This document shows positions 49,754 through 61,700 of a stretch of DNA of 64,000 bases, one piece after another. Source of the DNA: Bacteroidales bacterium (lineage in GTDB: Bacteria; Bacteroidota; Bacteroidia; Bacteroidales; P3); NCBI GenBank assembly GCA_017960475.1, contig JAGCZH010000031.1, forward strand, positions 5,758 through 69,757. Reading direction: 5' to 3'. The notes below the pieces were generated by a model that saw only the letters and a list, made by a program, of their open reading frames with translations, ran no database searches and was not told where the DNA came from. The number at the start of each line of letters is the position of its first letter. Positions within the stretch are counted from its first letter, which is position 1. The translations under genes were made by a program, and so were the position numbers.

Positions 49754-52700
49754 ATGAAGAAAGTATCATTACTATTGGGAGTGATTTTTCTGATTTCGGC
49801 TTTTGTCGCCAACGGTCAGATTGTTACTAAGTACCAACAGGGATTTGAAAGCACAGGAGAGACTTATTCCTATACATCTCAAGGGAATGTCTCTACGGTA
49901 ACGAATGTTTACTCTTCTGGTCAGCGTTCAATAAAACTACAGCAAACTGTTGGAAGTGATGTTATTGTTACATTGGATACTATTGACTTCACCGACAATA
50001 GTAATTTCCAGTATTTCTATCTGGAATTTATGCACATCTGTACAGTCGACCCCCTTACAGGTCCTGCGCCTAACTCTATCGCAATAGTGCAGGTGAAAAA
50101 ACCGAATGAGACCCAATGGAGTACTTTGACGGGAAACCTTCACTATGACGTCAACTGGGGAGGAGGTAGTTCAGACTATGTTAGCAACAACTCATTCTCG
50201 GAGCGTTCATATGAGGTATGGCGTGGTTCTACAATCAATAATTCATGGTGGAAGCGCGAACGTTATAAACTTGAGACCGTTTTGCTTGGGCAGGGAACAA
50301 GCTTGAGTGATCGTAAATTAGAGGTGCGTTTTGTACTCAAGGCAAGAAATTCATCGGCTGGTCCTACAACGGATGGTTGGTATCTTGATAATATCAATGT
50401 CAAGTGCAGCCCTAACTCCATGCTTCTTCCTGTAGCCACACTGGTGGACTACCCTGATTTGATGAATTATCCTAACAGTCGTAACACTCACATCTCTGCA
50501 GATATCAGTACGACTCTGGCTCAGGGGATGAACGCCGACTCTATCTATTGCCTTTATCAGCTTGGTAGAAGCGCCCCGATTCGCCGAGTCAAACTCGATG
50601 CGGTTCCAGGTGTCACAAACCGCTATGAAACATATCTTCCATTCTGTGGATACGACACAGTCGTTTATTGGCGCATTGTGGCCAAAGATAACACAATCAA
50701 CCATAATTCGGCCACAATACCTTCAGACGCCACGTCATGGAACAAATATAAGAGTGTGCGAGGTTCCGCTATTAATTCTGCTTTCACTACCAACAATATC
50801 GGTACAACTAGCGAGGTACCATTCTCTTCGTATGGCGACTACAAGTGTCAAATAGTATACGATAGTGCGGAGATGGCGCAGGTATTTAAACCCGGTGCTA
50901 TATCTCAAATACGTTTCCCTGTGGCTTCTAATGTGTCAAACTCGACTCGTAACAGGTTTATTGTAAAGATGTGTAACATCGGTTCGGATTTTGTTTATAA
51001 CGTCAATTACGATGAGAACAATTCGTACTATGGTGAATATCAAAAACTTGTATATGATTCTTCTCTTGTTGTAACACAGAATGCTAACACTTGGGGAACC
51101 ATAAATCTTCAGGATACATTCTATTATGCTGGCAAGGGTCTGCTTATCACTATGATTTGCGATAATACTTCAAGCAACCCAAGTGGTATCAATGTACGCA
51201 CATTCCCCTCGTCGTCCGGAACATATACAGCGGGCTCTATCTATAAAGGTTATGGTGCGGAGTATTCTTATTCCCCATTTGACCAACAGGTTTTTAACTC
51301 TGGTTTGAGAAAGTCCGTGCGTCCGAATTTCATGTTTAAAATCAACGCCAATTTGCCGCTGTATTACGATTGTGGTATCAGTGGTTTCATCAACCCCAAC
51401 GATTCAACCCCAGCCAACGCGGTAGGCACCAACGACGTGGTGGTGACATTAAAGAATTATGGTAGTCAACCCATTAATGCTGTCCGTATTTACTACAGTG
51501 TCGATAATGGAGCCCACCAGTATTTTGACTGGACTGGCAACCTGGCAGGTGGCGCTACAACCAATGTCACCATCAGTACTACGCAGACATATCCCGCCGG
51601 CTATCATGAGATGTTGGCATGGGTTGATGACTCAGTGCTCCATGCTGGCGTCCGCTATAGAGACCATGAGCCTTTTAACGATACGTTATGGACTCGCTTC
51701 ATTAGTTGCGACGGACCCATGAGCGGAGTGCGTACCGTTGGTGGTGCCAATGCCGACTATGTCGACTTGGAGAAAATGCTCTACGCGTTAAGCCAGTGTG
51801 GTGTTAACGGCCCACTTACAGTAAAATTGGCAGGAGGTTTATATGGTCCAATAGTATTTCCGTATATACCAGGAGCGTCGTCCACGAACTACATTCTGTT
51901 TGAGCCTGCTACCGCAGCTCCGGCCCACGATGTGCTTTTCAATGCTCCAACGCCATCGGTTACAATGTCGACACCTGTCAATTACATTGTCAACCTGCAG
52001 CAGGCACAGTATATCCGTTTCAAACGAATCAACTTTGGAAGTAATGCCACAGAAAGCCGTGCGACATATTTGGTTCGTATGGGTACCAACAGTGTGGGAT
52101 GTCAGTTTGAGGACTGTGTCTTCACAGAGGGTATGGGTATTGGTGTTTCTGAATCGTTTATGACAGCGTCGGCGCTGCTCTATTCTGGTGGTGCGGACTC
52201 TTTGATTGTCAAGAATTGTACTTTCACACGTGGTAATACAGGTCTAAGCCTTGTTGGTCCCGCTCAGGACAACATGGCCCATGGCAGCAAGGTTTTGGGC
52301 AACTATTTCCAAAACCAGGGTATCAACAGTATGATTGTGCGTAACCAATATGATGCCGAGGTTGACAGCAACACATGCGATGACGTTTATGCCAACTCCA
52401 GTTATTGTATCTTGCTGCAAGATTGTAGCGGCGCCACAAAAGTCACCCGCAACACAGTGTATGTGACTTCTGGTGCCTCATGTATCGGTGCCACTAATTT
52501 CTTTGGTTCTGCGACAGCCTATGCTGTTGTGGCGAACAACATGCTCGTTAGCGCTGACAACGGTACGTCCAACATGCTTACCACTCCTTTGAACATTATT
52601 ACTGCCAACTATGCTAAGATCCTCTTCAACTCTATCAAACTTACCGCTCCTACTCGTGGTGGCATAGCAACTGCAACATTTGGTGGCGGCGTTCTGGAAA

Positions 52701-55700
52701 ACAGCTATTTCTATAACAATATTATTGGATGCTACGACACTGTTAACGTCGCTTTCAGCTACATCCCAACAGAAGGCGCTACTAATTATATTGGATACAA
52801 TATATATTATAGCTTGAGCCCTGTGCTTAACAAATATGATGGTATCAACTGCTTCACAATGGCCAACTGGCAATCTCATTGCGCTATGGATGCCAACTCT
52901 CAAAATGTCAACCCTGCATTCCTTAACAGTTATCCCACGGACCTCCGTTCATATAGCCAGAATGTAAAAGAACATGGCATCCCCTTCGCTGAGGTGCAGA
53001 ATGACATCTTCGGCACGGCAAGAAATAATACCGCTCCCTGTGTCGGTGCGTTTGAGTTCTCTGCACTGCCTTACGACTTTGAAGTCCTAGAATATGTAGA
53101 GCCTTACGATGAATATTGCGTGGCACCTACAGCAGCGCCGCTTATTGTTGTGATCAAAAACACTGGTGTCAACGCCTACAACCCTGCGACAGCGACTACG
53201 CCGGTACAGCTTTCTTATTCCCGCTCCACAGCACCGGGAATCATGGTTCCTGGAGCCTCGGGTAATATTACTATTAACCGTACGATTCCAGCAACCGACA
53301 CTATAATATATAATACGGGGGTTACCATTCCATTCCCAACCCAGGGCATGAATGACACCACTTATAAGCTCTATACTTGGTTTACTTCCACCATCGACCC
53401 CAACCCCGCAAACGACACATCTTTCACTAACGTCACTTCCCATTATCATTTCCCGGCGCCAGCTAGCGTGAATGTAAACTCCGATTATGGTGATTCCGCT
53501 ACAGCGACAGTGACGGGCAATTTACAAACTTGGTACTCCAATGTATATACCGCCAGCCCAAGTCACCAGTCGTCAGTATACTGGTATAAATCCCCGACCG
53601 ATGTGGATCATTTCTGGGTAGGAAACACGTTGCATACAGATCCTCTTTACAATGATACCACTTTCTATGTACGTCAAAAACGTGACTATCCATTGGTGAA
53701 GATTACCGAGGTCCAGATTAAACGTACTCAACCTGGTGCCACATATCCTATGCCTTTGTGGATGAACTCTACATCCGATTTCTCAATCGAATTGACAAAT
53801 ATCGGTGACTATCCCGCCAATCTTTTCGGTGATACAATACAAACTGTAAGCAATACTAGCGCTCTTCGCAACGTTTTCCGGATGCCTAATGTCACTATCA
53901 TGCCTGGCCAAACCCTCGTTGTCCAGTTCGGAAACGGTATTAACAACGTTGACTCAACAATCACCATTGGTGGTAACAAGAGAATACAATTCCAGCAGAA
54001 TCAAAATATCGGTGTCATTTACAAAAGAGGAGGTGTTATTGCCGATGCTGTAGCCATCAATGGCATCCTTTCACAGACTCAGTGGACTTCTCTTAATGTT
54101 CCTCAAACAGTATGGTATGGTCCTGCAATACAGTTTGTCGACACCATTCCTTCGGCAGGTGTGTATCGCAAATCATGGCCCGCTGCCAATGCCTCTTATA
54201 GTAATACTGTCAACCGTTGGCAGATAGCTGACGACAACCATCGTATGACTCTCGGCCGTACCAACGAAAACCTTGTTCGTTTCCGCGACAATGGCTGTCT
54301 TGGTGATGTGGCTACTGTCAACATTCATCTCATCAACCATCCTGATGTGGATATGGCTATCGACAATTTCACTATCAATGATGGCTGTGGAATGGGACAG
54401 TCTCCGCTTACCATCACCGTTCACAATCATGGAACCCAGCCTAGTGGCCAGGTGGTGTTGAACTACAGAATTGTCGGTAGTGTCCAAACCCCCGGACAAG
54501 CCAATGCGTTGCAATTATGTAGTGACACCATCGCGGCAGGTCTTGCCCCTGGCACTACTATCAACCACACCTTCAGTCTTGCTCCTGACTTCACCGTCAA
54601 TTCCGCATCGGTCGATTTCGACATGTTAGTGTGGATTAATAAGATCTCGTCGGATATCGCCAGCTTTAACGACACTGTACATCTCTCATTGACTTCGATG
54701 TTTACTCCAGGATTGCCCAATGTGAATACTTATGACACGGTTTCCTATGGCAATGTTGCGGTGCTGCACTCAATAACTCCGCCTACAGACTCTCTTGCAT
54801 GGTACGACAGAAATATGAATCCGCTCGACACATGCAATGTTTATACTACTGGCTATTTATATGAGCCCGACACATTCTATGTCTCATCGTTTGGCGCCAA
54901 GTTGAATAACGTTCATGTGGGTACTCTTGCCACCTCTTCGAATGCCTCTGGCTATCCTTCACCATACAACCCCAAAAAGAAGTATGTCAAGGAACAGTAT
55001 CTATTCTTGGCACAAGATCTGATTGACGCAGGACACACTGCTGGTAACTTCCAAAGCCTGTCGTTCTATCTTGATACCATTCTGGGCCCTGCAGGCACGA
55101 TGACTTTCACAGACTATGTCATCTCTTTGGGAACAACCACTTCCGCCACTTTCACTAGTAATTCCAACTGGCAGGCGGTTACTCCTTATTATTCTGCTTC
55201 TAGCCTCACCCTCACTAACGCTGATAAGGGTTGGGTTAATCACTTCTTTACAAATTCTTTCTACTGGAATGGTGTCGACAATATCGTTGTCCAAATCACC
55301 CGTTCTATCAATCCTGCCATATCTCAGGGCGCAAGAACCCGTTATACCAATGGCGGTAACAATAGAGTTTTGTACAAGAATGACGACAACAATGCCGACT
55401 TGGCAAACTTCACAGGCACAGGATCACGTTCCGCCAATCGTCCGGATATCCGTTTCGGCTTCATCGACTTTGGTTGCGAAGGACCTTCGAAGCCTGTGTA
55501 TATAGCTATTACAGACATTCCTAACGCTGACGCTTCCATATCATGGGCGGACGACACTGTAATGACATTCAATTCGTGTGATACTACAGATATCGATATT
55601 GCAATCCGCAATATGGGTATTCAGGCCATCAATGGTGGCTTCACCGTTGACTACTGGATTGACAATGTACATGGTGTTTACAACGGCACATCGACAATTG

Positions 55701-58700
55701 GTCACAACCAGACTGTCAACCTTACAGTGGCTAAGCAACTATTCACACCTGGACGTCACTATATTCGCACTGCTGTGACTCTGCCTGGCGACACTGTCCA
55801 AACCAACGATACTATTGCCAGAATGATAAATGTACGTTTCTGTGCCGGTACTTATGCCATTGGAGCCACAGGACTGTATCATACTTTTGGTGCTGCTGTT
55901 GACACTCTGACCAATGCAGGTGTCGATGGACCCGTTGTCTTCTCTGTTCAGGATGGATTATACAACGAGCAAGTCACACTTGGTCCAATCGACGGTGCTT
56001 CGGCTATCAATAGGGTACGCTTTGTGGGCGACCAGACAGATCCTTCTTCGGTTGTTCTTTACTCGGCTCCTACAGCCAGCGACAACTATGTGCTTAATAT
56101 CGATGGAGCTCAGTTCGTCGGATTCGAGGCCATCACATTCCGCTCCCGCGGTACAACAAACAACAATAATGTTATCACTATCTCCAATGCTAGTCAGATT
56201 CGTTTCGATACTGTGGTTGTCCGTGTTAAGGGTGGCGTGAACAATAATGCCGCTTCATGTATTATTGTCGGTGACAACGTACATACTCTTTATGTCAACA
56301 ACTCTGAACTCGATAGCGGTTACTATTCTATAAAGGCCTCGGTAAGCTATGAGGGTATTAGCGAAGGCGTTTACGTCACCAATAATACTATTCACAACTT
56401 TATGTCCACAGGTCTGCATTTCAGAAAAGTGAACGATGTGTACATCTCGATGAACCAGATTACCACTGGCGCCAATGCCAACCGTGCGCTTACGGGTATC
56501 TTTGCTGCTCAGATTGATGGACCTATCACAGTACTCCAGAACAACATTGTCCTCAGTGACAATTATACTGGACAGAAACAGGGCGTTAAACTTGTTAACA
56601 TTTCTACTGTCAGAGCAACAGCTAGCCTTGTCGCCAGCAACGTTTGCGCTATGAATGGCAAGAACAATAACAACAACTCTGGTATTTGGATTGATAGCTG
56701 TACATGGATGAATGTGTTCTTTAACACCTGTCGACTCACTTTCCCGACTTTCGCCTCAAATCAAACCAGCAGCGCTATGCATGTCGGTACTACAAGTTCG
56801 GAAATTAATGTCATGAATAACATATTATGTCATGATGGTACTGGATACTCCTTATTCGTTCAGATGGCTGCCAACATCGGCAACTGTGACTACAATGACT
56901 ACTGGAGCGCACGTCTTCAGCGTGTGGCAAGCTGGGAGGGTAATATATGCATTGGTCTTGAGGAATTGCGTGTCCTAAATCATAAGGACAACAACTCTCA
57001 CGAGATTAAACCATATTTTGTTTCTGAGACCGATCTTCACCTTACTATTGGTAATCTCTGCGAAAGAGCTCAGTATAATACTTTGGTGCCTAACGATTTC
57101 GATAATGAAATCCGTCCTCAGATTCCTAACCCGACAATCGGTGCCGATGAGTTCTTCCGCAAGAATCACAATATTGCTGTTGTTGAGATTTATACACCCT
57201 TCATTGATTACGAGAGTAATACTCTTCCTGCCAATATTGAGGGTGACACTCTTTGGATCAAGACAAAACTCACCAACGACGGTACGTCGACAGAGAGCAA
57301 TCTCCGTTGGTGGGCCTATGTCAAAGACACCGAGCCGCTGTTGCGTACCACTGACCACACTATTATGGAACTCCTGCCTCAGGAGAGTGTGGTTGACTCT
57401 AACTTCATTGTGATGCCTCTTGGCGTCATCGACACTCAGACTATCGTTGTGGTATTCCCGTTGTCTAATGATAGTGTACCTGAGAATAATGTACTCGAAC
57501 AAAGATTTTTCCTCGACCCCGCTTACAACTTCCGTGCAGCGACTGCCTTTATATATGATGAAAGCGGTTGCCGTCTTTTCAATACTCCCGTTGGTGTTGA
57601 ACTTACAAATGTTGGTCGTAAGACCTTCCCTGCAGGCACAATGGTCCCTGTGGGGTTCCAGGCTGTCCTGAATACACCCAATATTACAGTGTCTACGCTG
57701 CCAGTTCAGTGGGAAGAGAGCGTCGCTTTGCCTGTCGATGTTGAACCTAACGCCTCGGTAATTCTCAATTACTCTCAAACAGCCAACCTTTATCCTACTG
57801 GCAACGATAAGGACATTGTTGTTAGAGCAAGGGCATGGTCCAAATACCAGTATGACTGGAAACCTGCCAACGATACCACCAATTACATTAACCACAACTC
57901 CTACTATACGCCTAAATCGCCTGTCGGCGTCGATATCAATATTCCTTATGCTACATGGGATACCCTGTTTGCTAGCCAAACCGATACTCCTCCTAATGGC
58001 GCCAGCGTGATTCATAGACCCATCCTTTGGTTCCGCGACTCTACGCAGTCTCCGTATCACCCCACAGGTAATATGGTTAACAACTACAATCGTTCGACAT
58101 GGTGGGAGACTCCTCAGTATTTCCATGATTCGACTTACTTCCTCTGTTGTGTTAGCGCACATGGTAGCGACGTGGCTAAGAATTGTACAAGCTATTTCAG
58201 TCCAATCCATGTTAATATCAATCCACGTGTTCCTGTTGATATGGCCGTTCTCGACGTTGTTGAGCCTGTCGGTAACCGTGTGTATATGACTCGCGATTCG
58301 GTCAAGGTGGCTCTTATAAACTATGGAACTCAGCCGCAAACCAACATTCCTGTAGTGTACGAATTGTACAACCTGCAGAATAATATGGTTCAGAGTGTGA
58401 GAGAGATATGCACAGCTACAATCCAGCCAGACTCGGTATATGTGTTCCGCTTCGATTCGTTACTTAACATTCCCAGCTGGTCCACATCACAAGCGTACCA
58501 TCTCCGCACTTGGACCGACATGCCCAACGAATTGATTCGCCTTAACGATACATTGCGTGAAAGGATTCCTTTCTACGCTGTACCCGACAATGTCTATCCG
58601 GTGGTTCAAGTTGACAATAGTTTAGGTTTGGATATTACTCGTGTGGCCTTCAGCTCACTCGACAATCAGACTGCTCCTGCAGGCCATGCTTATTTGAACT

Positions 58701-61700
58701 TCACCAACTCGAGTACCAACAACGCTTCTATCAATTATCCCACAGTCGTCGATACTTTGTTGACCGACTACTGCGGCAACCGCAACATGCAGAATCTTGG
58801 TCAGTACCGTGCACTCCACTTGACCAAGGGTACTGTTGATACCATGATTGTGGAATGTATGAATAGTGACCGTGCAGGCGACATGACTACTTCAGGATGG
58901 CTTTCTGTCTGGGTGGATGTTGACCGTGACGGCTCATTCCGCTGGTCTCCAATGCATAACCCCGATAGCACCGCAGATCCAAGTGACTCTCTGCTGTATA
59001 ACTATCCTTATACCGAAATAATTTACCAGGATACTATCGTCAGTGGGCATCCTAAGAAATTTGTCTTCCAGCTCCCAGAGGATGTGCGTACCGGTTATAT
59101 GCGTATGCGTGTCGAGGTGCGGCAAGGTTCCACTAAACCCCAAGACCCGACTACCTCTATGCAGTTCGGCCAAGTCCAGGATTATCTGTTATATGTGCAA
59201 GACGTTCCTCGTGACATAGATCTCGCCGCCGCACGTGTGGTATCTCCACGTGAACAGCAGATTGGTGGCCTGTATGGTTATGGCAGTGATACCGCTGTGA
59301 CTGTCACAATTCAGATTGCTAACAAGGGTAGCCAAACCATTACTTCGGCAGATGTCAACTACCGTTATATCAATAGTCGGTCAGGTCAGGAGCGTGGCAG
59401 CTTGCAATGGACTGGTCTACTTGAACCAGGACATAGCACTGTTGTGGAACTACCGGCACGTGTGTTCCCCGAAGGTGTTACCGACCTTATACTAAATGTG
59501 TCAACACCAGGTGATGTGTTTGTCAAGAACGATACCCTCCGTTATCAGTACTATCGTTCTCCATTACGTACTCTCTATTATACTGTAGACTTTGAACGCG
59601 ATCTCGATTGGTTCATACCTAAAGGATACACTCCATATACTCAGAACCTGTGGCAGATGGGACACTCCAACAAACCTAATATTGTGGCATGTGTAAGCGA
59701 TTCCAATATTCTTGCCACTAACATTAATGGTTTGGTCAATGTCGCTGCAACCGGTAATGTGAGCTATGCTTATACACCAATCTTCGATATAGCCACCATA
59801 CGTCCCGACACAGTTGAGTTGTGGGTGGCTAGAGATATGGCTTCAGGACACTTGGCTCGTATCGAGTATATCAACTATCTTGGACAATGGACTCCTGTTG
59901 GAACAGGTAATGACACTCTTTGGTACAATGCTGGATCTTCATGGGATTCTGTAAGCTCTGGCTATGGCTATGATTACTGTCGTTTCTCGTTGCAGAGTAT
60001 TGCCAGCGACTTCATGCAGCGTTTGCAGTTCCGCTTTGTTTACAAAGTGGCTCCAGGTTCGTCTGTCTGCGATGGTGTCGCTTTCGACAACATCAAGATT
60101 GGTCGTGCCGACCGTCCGCTGGATGTTGGTGTTATCGCAATTACCTATCCTACAGAGCCTAAATTCGGTCAAACTATTTCTCCAAGGGTTGTGGTGAAGA
60201 ACTTCGGTTTGGATACTCTGCATTCTATAGCCCTTGCATATCTGCCTTACGGAGCCAACCTGCCGAAGATTGGTACCTACACCTCCACGGCTGGCTTGTT
60301 GCCGGGTCAGACCGATATATTCGAATTCCCCACGCCCTTCGTGGTGAAAAACGACTTCCCCGACACATTCCAGATTTGCGCATACTCCATTGAAAACATG
60401 GATATCTACAAAGACAATGACACTGTTTGCAGCGACTTTTTCCTGTCTCCTCTTGACAATGATATGGGTCTTGTGAGCATTATTAACCCATTGGAACGTT
60501 GCATCGCTGGTGACTCTATCGTTGTTACCGCCCGCATTCGTAACTATGGTCAGGCTCCGGTGTCTAGTACTAGAATATCCTATGTGTATAACAACACCTT
60601 CCTCGTTACGGAGACTGTTGACTTTAACGAGATTATCGGACATGATTTGCAGTCGTTCGAATATCTGAATTATTCTTTCAAACAGAAATTCCGTTCTTCG
60701 ATGGGTATTATGAACCTCATGGCTTATGTCCAGATGGATAATGACGACTATCCATATAACGATACTGTCTCAATGAAGGTTGAGGGTCTATCGGCGATCA
60801 CTGACCTTAAAGCCCGTGCTATTGTGGTCGACACCACTACCCAAAACCAGGTCAAGATACAAGTTATTGTCGACAACATCGGCGCACATGCTGTTAACGA
60901 CTTCAAGATTGGTTTCTGGTACTATAAAGATACCTCGACAAGAATAGAAACTGTTTATCATGGCGATATGGCTCTGCCGGCACTGCGCTCGCTGTACTAT
61001 AAGTTCCCCGATGTGCTGCCCGCTCATAGCGAATTCTATAAGTATGTCACCGCTTATGTTTATGCGGATGGCGACAATGATAGAACCAACGATACGACAG
61101 AACTATTTGAGAATCTCAGGGTCGACCTCAGACCTATCAGAGCTCTGGTGGAGGAGAATCGTACCGACTCGTGTCGCGTGCGTGTGGAATATGAAAACAT
61201 TGGTACTCTGGTAAGCCGTGACGACCAGCAGCTTGAGTTCCGAGCCACTATCAACGGAACAAGTCTCAAACTGAAGGGCATTCACAGAGCTGTACATCCG
61301 GGTGATATTGAGACCGTCGATTTCACTACTAAGATCCCGAAGAGTCCCACACGTACATACAATGGCTCTCTGAGACTGTTGTTCTCCGACGCGGATACTT
61401 CTAACAACCACACTACTCGTATCGAGGTTGTCAACTATCTGACCATTCCTTTTGTCGAGTCTTCTAACGGCATGATGCTTGAGCAGAACTACCCCAACCC
61501 GTACGAGAACACTACCCGTATCGATTTCTATCTGCCTACCGCAGGTGATGTTAGGTTCTTCGTCATGGATGAGCTTGGACGTCTTGTATTCCAAAGCGTC
61601 AAGGCATTCGATAGTGGCAACCAAAGCATTGACTTCAATGGCAGTGACCTCACAACAGGAACCTACTATTACGGCATTGAGAAAGACGGTGAGCGCTTGA

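Noticed and set aside
56975-58339. 454-aa reverse-strand ORF inside the giant gene. Similar long antisense ORFs occur at 21778-22566 and 22795-23586 (recJ), 3191-4258 (EEP gene), 36642-37340 (tonB), 41060-42007 (WG-repeat gene), 59939-60643 and 30452-31225.
   Set aside because: Each lies entirely antisense to an ORF with clear family motifs. Each has an odd composition (Arg/Cys/His-rich or low complexity) and no recognisable motif. I treat them as shadow ORFs.
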